The notes under the pieces were generated by a model that worked only from the letters and a program-made list of their open reading frames with translations, was not told the origin of the DNA and ran no database searches. A program made the position numbers and the translations under genes. Shown in pieces: positions 17,611 through 27,236 of a stretch of DNA of 36,314 nucleotides. The stretch is from an uncultured Staphylococcaceae bacterium (GTDB lineage Bacteria; Bacillota_I; Bacilli_A; RFN20; CAG-826): assembly GCA_964369015.1 (NCBI GenBank), contig CAYJDS010000002.1, positions 1 through 36,314 on the forward strand, in the 5' to 3' direction. Positions within the stretch are counted from its first letter, which is position 1, and the number at the start of each line of letters is the position of its first letter.

Positions 17611-18124
17611 TTTCGTTCCACTCCTTTAATAAGTTTTTCTTGACGAGCCGTCGTCTTAACCATGAATCAATCCCACGATTTAACTTTGTAATCCAAAGAT
17701 CTTGCGTGACTAACTTCTCGGTCAATATTATTTTAACACCTAAACTATTTGCGCAAAAGACATCAGTGACAATTTGGTCACCAATCATCATTAATTGCTC
17801 AAACGCTACTCCTTCTTTTTTCAAAAATCTGCGGATTTTATAGGCTAAAGGTTTGCGGGCGCCACTAATAAACGGTAAACCTGCTGCTTCGGCGTATTTT
17901 TTAACACGTTTTCCAGTATTATTCGAAACAATATAAAGTTTTAGTCCAACGACTTGTAATTTTGCTAAATAAGCGATCGTTGCCTCACTTGGTAGAGCTT
18001 GATCATGACTTGCTAAGGTGTTATCTAAATCAATTAAAAGTGTTTTAACGCCAAGCGTAGCAAAAAAGAACGGCTCAATTGCATAGATACTAACAGCGTG
18101 ATAAGTTGGAGTAAATTTCTTCAT
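17600..18124 (-). CDS. yqeG: YqeG-family HAD phosphatase
   Basis: 174 aa. HAD motif I LLIDLDNTL, SNN and GDQIVTD. Heads the yqeG-yqeH-yhbY-nadD block as in Bacillus. Confidence 0.85.
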   Translation of the reverse strand: MKKFTPTYHAVSIYAIEPFFFATLGVKTLLIDLDNTLASHDQALPSEATIAYLAKLQVVGLKLYIVSNNTGKRVKKYAEAAGLPFISGARKPLAYKIRRFLKKEGVAFEQLMMIGDQIVTDVFCANSLGVKIILTEKLVTQDLWITKLNRGIDSWLRRRLVKKNLLKEWNENGR

Positions 18125-18253
18125 AATTAAACTTGATTATACCATGTTTTTGCTAACAAACCTACCGCTTGAAGCACCAATACGCCGTAATTAAGCCCAC
18201 TCTGCGGTGTTTTTTATTACTAAACTAGCAAAATTTGTTACTATAAATGTGAT

Positions 18254-18535
18254 ATGGAAGAAACAAAAGGCTCCCTTCAAAACTTGCTGATTCTTGCCGC
18301 TTTGATGGTGGCCGGTTTTTTTCTGCCGCTCGGCGGCTTAATTGGAATGATTCTTTTCCTTATTAATAATCCAAATTCACAATCTCGGTTTACCAAAGAC
18401 GAAAAAACGATGGCCATTTTAGGGACCATCGTACTTGGGATTTATTGGGGACTAACTATTATTTATTCACTCAAGTTTCCGACCGAGACCCCTGAGACTA
18501 GTAGTGAACTGCTTCGACTTCTACTCCTCATCTAA
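18254..18535 (+). CDS. Hypothetical small membrane protein (2-3 TM)
   Basis: 93-aa ORF with two clear hydrophobic helices. There is no Shine-Dalgarno; TATAAA ends 7 nt before the A of the ATG. The 3' end overlaps the convergent parC by 15 nt. Coding status is uncertain. Confidence 0.4.
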   Translation: MEETKGSLQNLLILAALMVAGFFLPLGGLIGMILFLINNPNSQSRFTKDEKTMAILGTIVLGIYWGLTIIYSLKFPTETPETSSELLRLLLLI

Positions 18536-21106
18536 AAGATCAAAAATTGACATTTGTTCAAAGCCATCATCAACCGGGTCAACTTTAACGGTTTCCGCTT
18601 TAATAATTGGTGCGTAAGCTTTCGTTTTCGCGTCGATTTTAGCGATTTCCAAAGTATAGAGGCCGCTGATGAGTTCGCCTTCGGCTAGTTCGTTAACGTT
18701 GCGTTTAGCGTATTTATCAATTGGTGTTGGGGAAAGATCAGTTAAAAGCAGCGGTAAAATCGTGTTTTGATTCGTTAAAACATTAAGTTTAAGGACATCA
18801 ACATTTTTCGGATAACTAAAGAGCGCTTTAATAACATGGGGATCGCTTTTAAAAACTTTCATCACGTGTTGGAGCCGTCCTAAGCGAGCGGTGACTGCAA
18901 AGTAACTATGATCAAGCAGCCGGACATGGCCTTCAGCGGTCACAATCCCGGTTCTTGTCTTCGTTTCCGGGTCAACACTAATGAGGCCAACGACGTGGTC
19001 ACTCTTCGCTTTTGAAATTGCTTTAACCCCACTCGCTTTAAGGGAGATCACAGAAATTTCGTTTTCATTAAAGAAACTTGCTGCGCCGCCTTTAGTAACG
19101 ACAAGGACGTCACTATTACCAGTCGTAAGGGTAACGTCAGCAAGTGTGTCGCCGGCAATTAAGCGAATCGCCGTTAATGGTCGCGAATAACGTTGGGCGA
19201 CAAAATCACTAACAACACTACGTTTAATCATTCCGTTCGTCGTTACTAAGGTAAAGTAGAGATCTTCGCGGAAATCCTTGACACTAAAGGCTTTTAGTAA
19301 TTTTTCTTCGGGGTTAAGTTGGACAATATAATTAACGTGTTTACCTTCGTCTTTCCACCGTCCTTCATTAATTTCGTAAATTGGAATATAGAGGAAATTA
19401 CCAAAGTTCGTAAAGACAATTAAGAAATCTTTAGTGTTTACTTCAGCACTGGCAATTAGTAAGTCACTACTTTTAATCCCCGGCAGGGAATCTTCGCCAC
19501 TACTTTTGTAGGATTTTAAGCTACTTCGTTTTATATAGCCGTCGCGAGTTAAGGCCAGCATCACGTCTTCGTCGGCAATCAAGTCACGCTTATTAATTTG
19601 AATAACTTCGCCTTTAGTTTCAATTTTGGTTCGTCGCTCATCGCCAAAGCGTTTACTAATATCGCGTAAGTCACGAATAATTAAGTTATTTAAACTCTTT
19701 TCGTTACTTAAAACGTCTTCTAACTCTTTAATAGTTGCAACAACACTAGTGCGTTCATTATTTAAAACGTTAATATCAGTATTACTCAATTTATAAAGTT
19801 GGAGCATAACAATTGCTTCGGCTTGTTCTTCACTAAAGTCATAAGCTTTAATAATGTTTTGTTTAGCGCTGGCTTTATCACTACTTTGGCGAATAATCGC
19901 AATAATCTCACTTAAAACACTAATTGCTTTAATAAGTCCGTCAATAATATGGAGTCTTTTTTGAAGTTTTACTAAGTCAAAAGTCGAACGACGACGAATA
20001 ATTTCAACTTGATGTTCAATATAAATATTAATTAAATCTAAAATATTGAGGGTTTTGGGCCGATTATCGGCAATGGCAACCATATTAGCGTTATAACTCG
20101 TCCGTAACTGCGTTCGGTTAAGTAAGTATTCAAGAATAATATCAGCATTTGCTTCTTTTTTTAACTCAACGACAATTCGTAATCCTTGGCGGTCACTTTC
20201 GTCCCGCACCTCAAGAATGCCATCAACATTATGGTTTTGTTCAATTAAGCCAATTTCCCGTAAGAGCGTACTTTTATTGGCTTGATAAGGAATTTCACTA
20301 ATAATAATACTTTGGCCGTTTTTGTCTTTTTCAATCGAAGTTTTCGCTTCTACTTCAATTCTCCCTCGTCCGGTTTCATAGATTGCCTCCAACCCTTCAC
20401 CTTTAAAAATAATGCCACCGGTCGGAAAGTCAGGCCCTAAAATAAACTGCCGCACGTCACTAATAGTTGCCCGTTTATGATTAATTGTGTAAATTATTGC
20501 TTCAACAACTTCGTTTAAGTTATGGGGTGGGATTTCGGTTGCGACCCCGACCGCAATTCCTTGACTACCATTAATTAGTAAGTTTGGAAAGCGACTTGGC
20601 AAAACACTTGGTTCAAAACTTGAGTCGTCAAAAGTTAATGAGTGGTCAACCGTCTCTTTTTCAATGTCACGGACGAGCTCAGCACTTAGTTCATTTAAGC
20701 GCGATTCGGTATAACGATAAGCAGCAGGTGAATCTCCGTCAATACTGCCGTTATTGCCTTGAAAATCAATCAGTGGGTAGCGAAGATTCCACGTTTGCGA
20801 AAGGCGCGCTAAAGCTTCGTAAATACTACTGTCGCCGTGGGGGTGATATTTACCCATAACCGCCCCAACCGTATGAGCACATTTTTTCATTGGTTTAGTA
20901 ACTACGTTCCCAGATTCGTACATTGAATAAATAATCCGCCGTTGGACTGGTTTTAGTCCGTCCCGCGCGTCTGGGATTGCCCGGTTTTGAATGACTTCTT
21001 TTGCGTAAGCGCCAAAGCGTTCACCCATCACTTCGTCCATTGGTAAAACAACAATATTTTCTTCTTTAACTTCAGTTTCAACAACTTTTACTTTTTTCTT
21101 GGCCAT
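18521..21106 (-). CDS. parC: DNA topoisomerase IV subunit A
   Basis: 861 aa. GyrA/ParC motifs (DGLKPVQRRI, KCAHTVG.VMGKYHPHGD, active-site AAYRYTE). No GyrA-box seen. Paired with parE next to plsY as in B. subtilis. Confidence 0.88.
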   Translation of the reverse strand: MAKKKVKVVETEVKEENIVVLPMDEVMGERFGAYAKEVIQNRAIPDARDGLKPVQRRIIYSMYESGNVVTKPMKKCAHTVGAVMGKYHPHGDSSIYEALARLSQTWNLRYPLIDFQGNNGSIDGDSPAAYRYTESRLNELSAELVRDIEKETVDHSLTFDDSSFEPSVLPSRFPNLLINGSQGIAVGVATEIPPHNLNEVVEAIIYTINHKRATISDVRQFILGPDFPTGGIIFKGEGLEAIYETGRGRIEVEAKTSIEKDKNGQSIIISEIPYQANKSTLLREIGLIEQNHNVDGILEVRDESDRQGLRIVVELKKEANADIILEYLLNRTQLRTSYNANMVAIADNRPKTLNILDLINIYIEHQVEIIRRRSTFDLVKLQKRLHIIDGLIKAISVLSEIIAIIRQSSDKASAKQNIIKAYDFSEEQAEAIVMLQLYKLSNTDINVLNNERTSVVATIKELEDVLSNEKSLNNLIIRDLRDISKRFGDERRTKIETKGEVIQINKRDLIADEDVMLALTRDGYIKRSSLKSYKSSGEDSLPGIKSSDLLIASAEVNTKDFLIVFTNFGNFLYIPIYEINEGRWKDEGKHVNYIVQLNPEEKLLKAFSVKDFREDLYFTLVTTNGMIKRSVVSDFVAQRYSRPLTAIRLIAGDTLADVTLTTGNSDVLVVTKGGAASFFNENEISVISLKASGVKAISKAKSDHVVGLISVDPETKTRTGIVTAEGHVRLLDHSYFAVTARLGRLQHVMKVFKSDPHVIKALFSYPKNVDVLKLNVLTNQNTILPLLLTDLSPTPIDKYAKRNVNELAEGELISGLYTLEIAKIDAKTKAYAPIIKAETVKVDPVDDGFEQMSIFDLLDEE

Positions 21107-21107
21107 T

Positions 21108-23075
21108 TTATTTCACCTCTTCAATAAAGGAGTCATAGGCATTAAAGTCAACGTTCTCTTCAATCCACTTCCGGCGAACGGCGGCGTCTTTACCCATAAG
21201 TGTCCGAACGCGCATCTCAACGAGCAATGGATCATCAATATTAATTCGTAAAAGAGTCCGTGTTTGCGGGTTTAAAGTCGTTTCCCATAATTGTTCACTA
21301 TTCATCTCGCCTAAGCCTTTATAACGGCTAATCTTATACCCCGGGCCAATCTTTTGTTTAGCTTCTTCAAGCGTCGCATCATCAAGCGCATAAGCATAGC
21401 GTTCTTCTTTATTAACATATTTACTAACTCGGTAAAGCGGTGGGACGGCAATATAAATCATCCCCGCTTTTAAGAGTGGTTTCATATAATGATAAAAGAA
21501 AGTTAAAAGAAGGGTTTGAATGTGCGCTCCGTCTGTATCGGCGTCCGTCATAATAATAATTTTGCCGTAACGAATATCATCTAAATCAAAGTTTTGACCA
21601 AAACCAGCGCCAATCGTTGAGATAAGGGTCGCGAATTCTTCGTTTTTAAGCATTTTGTCAATCGTATTAGTGTCAGTGTTAAGCGGCTTACCACGTAATG
21701 GTAAGACGGCTTGGTGAATGCGGTCTCGGCCCGATCTAGTCGTGCCACCCGCGGACTCACCTTCAACAATAATTAATTCGTTTTTTAAGTAATCTTTACT
21801 TTGAGGGGGGGTTAATTTACCGCTTAAAACAATTTCGTTTTTAACTTTTTTAGTTTTTCGTAAATTTTCTTTCGCTTTACGGGCCGCAGCGCGGGCGTTT
21901 TGGGCATCAAGACACTTCTTCACTAAGTTAACCGCAAATTCATGATTTTCATTTAAATAATATGATAACTTCGTATAAATAAAGTTATTCATCGCCGCGT
22001 TTGCTTCGTGAGTGACGAGTTTGCCCTTCGTTTGACTTTCAAATTGTAAAATAGATTCCGGAATCCGCACCAAAATAACTGCGGTTAGTCCTTCACGAAT
22101 ATCCGCGCCTTCAAGATTTTGATTTTTCCGAATTAAGCCTTTTTCGAGCGCAAAGTCGTTAATGGCCCGCGTTAATCCAGTTCTAAACCCTGTTTCGTGA
22201 CTTCCGCCGTCATGGGTTCGTAAGTTATTCGCGTAAGAAAGGATTACTTCATTATAATCATCAACGATATATTGAAAGGCAACTTCTAGTTCAATTGGAA
22301 TTGAAAGTTTACCGCCATTACTAAAAGTATCACTAAAGAAAATTGTAGAATGAAGCGGCGTTTTGTCACGATTAATAACTTCAATATATTCCATTAAGCC
22401 GTTTTCGTAATAATATTCTTCGCTTGACCCGGTCCGTTCGTCTTTTACAAGAAAAGCAACTTTATTAAGGAGAAAGGCATTTTCTTGTAAGTGACTAGAA
22501 ATTGTATCCCATTTAAATTCTAAATTACCAAAGATTTTTGGGTCGGGTTTAAAACTAACCGTTGTTCCAGTTTTATTTGTCGTCCCAATTACTTCAAGTG
22601 GGGTCACTAGTTTACCGCCATCTTCATAGCGGAGGTGATGAACTTTTCCTTCACGGTAAACCGTCACATCAAGCCAACTTGATAAGGCATTGGTCACACT
22701 AGCGCCAACACCGTGGAGCCCCGCGCTCGTTTTATAGTTTGACGCCCCAAACTTACCGCCAGCGTGCAGTTCTTCAAAAACTAAGTTAATCGCGTGTTTG
22801 CCAGTTTGTTTATTAATCCCAGTTGGAATCCCCCGGCCTTCATCACTCACCGTAATCGCCCCGTTTTTAAGAATCGTGACATTAATTTTATTGCCAAAGC
22901 CGTTCATTGCTTCGTCGGTCGCATTATTAACGACTTCCCAAACAAGTTGGTGTAACCCAACAATATTGGTCGAACCAATATACATCCCGGGCCGTTTTCT
23001 AACCCCTTCAAGTCCTTCTAAAAGCTGGATATCATCCGCGCCATAATTACTCTTTAATTTACTTTTATCTTCCAT
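21108..23075 (-). CDS. parE: DNA topoisomerase IV subunit B
   Basis: 655 aa. GHKL ATPase (LEGLEGVRKRPGMYIGS, GLHGVG), Toprim (EGESAGG, DADTDGAHI) and PLRGK. Confidence 0.88.
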   Translation of the reverse strand: MEDKSKLKSNYGADDIQLLEGLEGVRKRPGMYIGSTNIVGLHQLVWEVVNNATDEAMNGFGNKINVTILKNGAITVSDEGRGIPTGINKQTGKHAINLVFEELHAGGKFGASNYKTSAGLHGVGASVTNALSSWLDVTVYREGKVHHLRYEDGGKLVTPLEVIGTTNKTGTTVSFKPDPKIFGNLEFKWDTISSHLQENAFLLNKVAFLVKDERTGSSEEYYYENGLMEYIEVINRDKTPLHSTIFFSDTFSNGGKLSIPIELEVAFQYIVDDYNEVILSYANNLRTHDGGSHETGFRTGLTRAINDFALEKGLIRKNQNLEGADIREGLTAVILVRIPESILQFESQTKGKLVTHEANAAMNNFIYTKLSYYLNENHEFAVNLVKKCLDAQNARAAARKAKENLRKTKKVKNEIVLSGKLTPPQSKDYLKNELIIVEGESAGGTTRSGRDRIHQAVLPLRGKPLNTDTNTIDKMLKNEEFATLISTIGAGFGQNFDLDDIRYGKIIIMTDADTDGAHIQTLLLTFFYHYMKPLLKAGMIYIAVPPLYRVSKYVNKEERYAYALDDATLEEAKQKIGPGYKISRYKGLGEMNSEQLWETTLNPQTRTLLRINIDDPLLVEMRVRTLMGKDAAVRRKWIEENVDFNAYDSFIEEVK

Positions 23076-23177
23076 TATTAAAACCCCTAGTCTTTATACT
23101 CTTTGTTATTATAACAAATATCACTTCATTACTTAAATTTTTTCAATTAATTTATACTTTAAAGAGGAGATTTAACT

Positions 23178-23876
23178 ATGCCACCGTCACAAATTCCACT
23201 TATTTGCCAAATCTTACTCTATCTTGGGTTTTTTCTACTTGCTTACTTAATTGGCTCAATTAATAATTCGATGGTCATTGGCACTCTCTTTTTCCGTAAA
23301 GACGTTCGCAAATACGAATCAAAAAATGCCGGCGGAACGAACGCGACTCGGGTTTTAGGTAAAAAAGCAGGCTTTGCCGTCATTCTTCTTGATATTTTTA
23401 AAACCGTTTTTGTTTATTGGGGACTAACCTTACTATTTAAATTTACCCCGTTACCAACTTATATTAATTTTGACTTAACGGTTCATGGCGCGATGGTCTT
23501 CGTCGCCGTTGGCCACTGCTTCCCAATTTATTACAACTTTAGAGGTGGAAAAGCGGTTAGTGTTTGTGCCGGTTTTATTTTAGCAACGAACTGGGCGCTA
23601 GCCATTCTTTTATTTTCCTTCTTCGTCGCCATCTTACTTTGGAAGAAAATGGTCAGTCTTGCTTCTGTTACCACGGCGGTAGCAATTGTTCTTCTCTCCT
23701 TCCTCCTTTTTATTCCTGGTTTCCGCGCGCTTAGTTTCTATCCCCTCGCCAGTCAAAACCACTTCTACTATATTGGAGCGGCAATCTTGATGGCTTCACT
23801 CTTAATCTATATGCACCGCGAGAATATCAAACGGATTATTGCTGGTAAAGAACGAACGATTTCCTTTAAAAAATAA
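23178..23876 (+). CDS. plsY: Glycerol-3-phosphate acyltransferase PlsY
   Basis: 232 aa, polytopic. GSIN...SKNAGGTNATRVLG and the NFRGGKAV motif. GAGGAG Shine-Dalgarno. Confidence 0.9.
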   Translation: MPPSQIPLICQILLYLGFFLLAYLIGSINNSMVIGTLFFRKDVRKYESKNAGGTNATRVLGKKAGFAVILLDIFKTVFVYWGLTLLFKFTPLPTYINFDLTVHGAMVFVAVGHCFPIYYNFRGGKAVSVCAGFILATNWALAILLFSFFVAILLWKKMVSLASVTTAVAIVLLSFLLFIPGFRALSFYPLASQNHFYYIGAAILMASLLIYMHRENIKRIIAGKERTISFKK

Positions 23877-23903
23877 TAGAATAAAACTTATTTACTAATT
23901 CCT

Positions 23904-23927
23904 AAATGCGCTTTGCGGCGCATTTTT
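23904..23927 (+). terminator. Rho-independent terminator after plsY
   Basis: AAATGCGC-tttgcg-GCGCATTT stem followed by a T-run. Confidence 0.8.
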
Positions 23928-23973
23928 ATTAACTCTTTCTTGTTATGTAGCGTTAAGTTCTGTTATTAAGTAA

Positions 23974-24001
23974 CAAAAAATCCTCCGTTTAAAGAGAGGA
24001 T
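23974..24001 (-). terminator. Candidate terminator after the 374-aa membrane protein gene (short stem, A/T runs on both sides)
   Basis: ATCCTC ... GAGGAT 6-bp stem flanked by AAAAAA upstream and TTTTTT downstream. Read on the minus strand, the hairpin is followed by TTTTTT. Confidence 0.45.
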
Positions 24002-24027
24002 AAATTTTTTAAATATTTGTTTTATTA

Positions 24028-25152
24028 TTAGTTAGATACTTCTTGAAGATCGACTTCCGCGACTACTTCTTTTGCTTCTTCAGCATTAACTCCACTGAGC
24101 GTTTTTTCTTGGGCGGTTTTCTTTTCTAACTCGCCATATTTAAAGGTTGTTTGGTAAAGGAGGAATAACAAGTAGCCACCGAGGGTAATAAAGCTTGTAT
24201 AAAAGACGGTAATCACAAACCCCGATAAAATGATTGGAAATTGCCACTCGGTCAATTTAATGCGAAGCGCGCTAATAAAGGGGACTGTGGTTGAGGTTGC
24301 AAACGGATTAATGTAAAAACCATCAAAAACGCCAATTGGCGGATAAGCAGAGGCAATAAAATGAAAGAGAGTATTAACAATTTGAATAAAGATCACACTA
24401 CCAACAAAAACATAAGTCGCGTTAATGAAATTATATATATTATTGCCGACTTTAGTTTCAACCCCAATGTAAATTGCCGCGACGACCATTATCCCGTGCC
24501 AAAGCATCGTATGAAGCGACATCGAAACCGTTAGGTCAAAAACGCCACCGCCAGTAAGCATTACAGATAAACCACCAATGAGGGTATAAAGCGCAACATA
24601 ATGATAAAGGGTATTTTTAATTTTTCCTTGTTTTAAGAAGGGGATTATCGGGAATAAATAAATCGGGAGTGAACAAAATTGTAACGGGAAGCCGTTCCAA
24701 ATATAGGGCCGAGTTGCGGAAAATAAGTTTAAGAAGACAATTTGCTTAAAAATTTCAATCCCCACTAAAGCGACGCCAAATTTTAATAATTTATAATCAG
24801 TCGCGTTCATCCTTCCGTTAAAAAAGGTCCGGTTCTTTTCACTTTCTTTCGCGCTGGCGCGTAAATTAAGAACAATCGCAAGCACAACAAAGCCAATCAT
24901 CGCGATATGAAACGAACTAAAGGTTAAGTCCTTTGGTTGTTGCGAGGGGAGAAAATTTTCATCAAACTTCCAGTCTAAACCAAGGGAAAAGAGAAACGCC
25001 GTCGGTATTAAGACGTTAATCCACTCTAAAATCGTGTTAAGAACGCGGTAACGCGCTTGATTTTTTTTCATTAAATACGTCCGTAATAATAAAAAGGCGG
25101 TAAATGTTAAGCCAAAACTTACGGTAATTGCAATTCCTACTTCGTTTGTCAT
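24028..25152 (-). CDS. Hypothetical polytopic membrane protein (about 9-10 TM) with an acidic C-terminal tail; possibly YwaF/TMEM164-like
   Basis: 374 aa and highly hydrophobic. The GFPLQFCSLP motif resembles the LPLHLCS motif I associate with the YwaF (TIGR02206) family. That family assignment is tentative. Confidence 0.6.
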   Translation of the reverse strand: MTNEVGIAITVSFGLTFTAFLLLRTYLMKKNQARYRVLNTILEWINVLIPTAFLFSLGLDWKFDENFLPSQQPKDLTFSSFHIAMIGFVVLAIVLNLRASAKESEKNRTFFNGRMNATDYKLLKFGVALVGIEIFKQIVFLNLFSATRPYIWNGFPLQFCSLPIYLFPIIPFLKQGKIKNTLYHYVALYTLIGGLSVMLTGGGVFDLTVSMSLHTMLWHGIMVVAAIYIGVETKVGNNIYNFINATYVFVGSVIFIQIVNTLFHFIASAYPPIGVFDGFYINPFATSTTVPFISALRIKLTEWQFPIILSGFVITVFYTSFITLGGYLLFLLYQTTFKYGELEKKTAQEKTLSGVNAEEAKEVVAEVDLQEVSN

Positions 25153-25271
25153 ACGTCATAAAGTTTAATATATTTTCGCGGAAAAGTCATTAGTTTCACT
25201 GCTATTAACCTTAAATTATAGGGAGTGATTAACTTCAGTTAAAAACATTCCTCCGCTTGACTTAAAGAAAT

Positions 25272-25304
25272 AAAAAAGGTTCAGTCCGATAAAGGTACTG
25301 AACC
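25272..25304 (-). terminator. Rho-independent terminator after the rpmG-efp-yneF unit
   Basis: The minus-strand read GGTTCAGT-acctttatcgg-ACTGAACC is followed by TTTTTT. Confidence 0.8.
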
Positions 25305-25328
25305 AAGCTATTTTGTTTTCCTTAGTAA

Positions 25329-25541
25329 TTAAGAATTACGCATGTTGCGCATAATTTCCCGAACTTGTTTTTCGCTCGGTTTACGGCCCATTGACAAGAG
25401 CATTGTCCGAATTTGTTTTTCGGTAATTGGCGGATTTTTCTTTAATTGATCTTGAAAAACTTTCCGACTAATAAAGTAGCCCGCAAGCGCACCAATGAGG
25501 AGGGCGCCAATTGCAATCCCGATTACTCCACCGGTTCCCAT
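25329..25541 (-). CDS. yneF: UPF0154 (YneF) family small membrane-anchored protein
   Basis: 70 aa. One N-terminal TM, then FISRK...L.KNPPI.E.QIR.M..MG.KPSEKQ, the typical UPF0154 signature. Confidence 0.8.
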   Translation of the reverse strand: MGTGGVIGIAIGALLIGALAGYFISRKVFQDQLKKNPPITEKQIRTMLLSMGRKPSEKQVREIMRNMRNS

Positions 25542-26098
25542 TATGCTCTTCCGTCGTAACTACCGTCGGTTGTCCGAACGCTAATTACTTCTCCTTCTTC
25601 AATAAAGAGCGGGACGCGTAATTTCCAGCCGGTTTCAAGAATCGCGTCTTTAGTGGCGTTTTGGACAGTGTTGCCTTTCGCCCCTGGCGCACATTCCGTC
25701 ACTTTAAGAGCAATTTTTGGTGGTAAGTTTACGCCAAAAATTTCTTCTTCGTAACTAATGATTTCGACTTCACTATTTTCCACGAGGAAGTTTAATTCCC
25801 ACTTGAGTCCATCTTTTGCTAACTCAACTTGTTCATAACTATCAGTATTCATAAATACTAAAAAATCGCCATTATCATAGAGATATTGCATTTTTTGTTT
25901 ACTAATGCTAATTTTTTCGATTTGATAACCACTGTTATATGATTGTTCAACAATGGCCCCGGAGCGCATATTCTTTACTTTAACTTTGGCCACCATCTTC
26001 CGCATCGCTGTTTTATTCAGTAAGATGTCAAGAACGTGATAGATTTCATTATCTTCAATAAAGTAATTACCCGGGCGTAGTTCGGTAACATTAACCAT
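25541..26098 (-). CDS. efp: Elongation factor P (non-canonical beta3-beta4 loop)
   Basis: 185 aa. MQYLY..GD..VFM..DSYEQ and VTE.APG.KG.T...ATK.A.LETG match EF-P. AAGGAGG Shine-Dalgarno. Confidence 0.88.
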   Translation of the reverse strand: MVNVTELRPGNYFIEDNEIYHVLDILLNKTAMRKMVAKVKVKNMRSGAIVEQSYNSGYQIEKISISKQKMQYLYDNGDFLVFMNTDSYEQVELAKDGLKWELNFLVENSEVEIISYEEEIFGVNLPPKIALKVTECAPGAKGNTVQNATKDAILETGWKLRVPLFIEEGEVISVRTTDGSYDGRA

Positions 26099-26120
26099 TT
26101 GACTACCTCCTTAAGTTCGT

Positions 26121-26270
26121 CTAACGTTTTTCGCGATGTAAGGTTTGTTTATTACAACGGGGACAAAATTTCATCTTTTCAATCCGGTCAGGATTGGTCT
26201 TTTTATTTTTTGTTGAGATGTAGTTATCTTCATGACATTCGGTACATCTGAATTGAATATTAACACGCAT
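26121..26270 (-). CDS. rpmG: 50S ribosomal protein L33 (not in the supplied ORF track, below its length cutoff)
   Basis: My own translation gives [49 protein letters not shown] (49 aa). It has the CxxC...CxxC zinc ribbon and the L33 signature. AAAGGAGAG Shine-Dalgarno upstream. Confidence 0.9.
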   Translation of the reverse strand: MRVNIQFRCTECHEDNYISTKNKKTNPDRIEKMKFCPRCNKQTLHREKR

Positions 26271-26341
26271 ATTTATTCTCTCCTTTATTTGCTTGTATAT
26301 AATAGCATATTTCTTTTTAAGTATAACTTAATTACGTATTT

Positions 26342-27235
26342 TTAAGGTTTTTTTCCTTCTAAGGTCACTTTTAAGGCCGGATTAAAGACGTTTTCGCGAA
26401 TCATCGCGATTTCTTCTTTATAGGGCGCGTTATCACCAACATAAGGTGTTTCTAAGATTTTAGGAATGCCGCTCAGGCGGGGATGATAAATAAAAGCTTG
26501 GAGTGCACTAAAGCCAATTTCCCCAAACCCATAGTTTTCGTGACGGTCTTTGCCTGCTCCTCTAACATTTTTAGAATCATTAACGTGAATTACTTTTAAG
26601 TAATCAAGTCCGATTACTTGATCAAATTCATCTAATAAAGCGTCAACATTCTTCACGTCATACCCCGCGTCATGAATGTGGCAAGTATCTAAACAAACCC
26701 CAATTTGGTCTTTTTTAACTACTCCGTCAATGATTTGGCGGAGTTCTTCGAAGCTGCGCCCAATTTCAGTGCCTTTGCCCGCCATGGTTTCAAGGGCAAT
26801 TGTAACACCGCTTTTATCTTCACTTAAGACGGTATTTAGTCCTTTAATAATTTGCCTAATGCCGACTTCCACTCCTGCCCCAACATGGGCGCCGGGATGA
26901 AGGACAACATATTTAATCCCAAAAGCCGCGACTCGATTTAATTCTTCTTTAAGAAAAGAAACCGCTAGCTCATAGGTTGATTCTTTAACAGTATTACCAA
27001 GATTAATAATGTAAGGGGCATGGGCGATTACTTTAGTAACATCGATCCCAACTTCTTTTAAAAGCTTTTGCCCTTCATTACTTTTCATAAGATTTACATC
27101 AACGCGGACGGTATTTTGCGGGGCACCCGTATAAATCATAAATGTATTCGCACCGTAACTTAAGGCTTCTTTAATTGCACCAACGTAATATTCCAGCGCT
27201 TTCATCCCAACATGACTACCAATAATCAGGTCCAT
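26342..27235 (-). CDS. nfo: Endonuclease IV (AP endonuclease)
   Basis: 297 aa. [27 protein letters not shown] and HVNDSK metal-ligand motifs. Confidence 0.9.
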   Translation of the reverse strand: MDLIIGSHVGMKALEYYVGAIKEALSYGANTFMIYTGAPQNTVRVDVNLMKSNEGQKLLKEVGIDVTKVIAHAPYIINLGNTVKESTYELAVSFLKEELNRVAAFGIKYVVLHPGAHVGAGVEVGIRQIIKGLNTVLSEDKSGVTIALETMAGKGTEIGRSFEELRQIIDGVVKKDQIGVCLDTCHIHDAGYDVKNVDALLDEFDQVIGLDYLKVIHVNDSKNVRGAGKDRHENYGFGEIGFSALQAFIYHPRLSGIPKILETPYVGDNAPYKEEIAMIRENVFNPALKVTLEGKKP

Positions 27236-27236
27236 T

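Noticed and set aside
18176-18216. A plus-strand hairpin (ACGCCG...CGGTGT) followed by TTTTTT between yqeG and the 18254 ORF. I considered whether it is an sRNA terminator.
   Set aside because: The stem is 6 bp with a G-U pair and a 17-nt loop. There is no plus-strand promoter or gene upstream, because yqeG is on the other strand. The evidence is insufficient.
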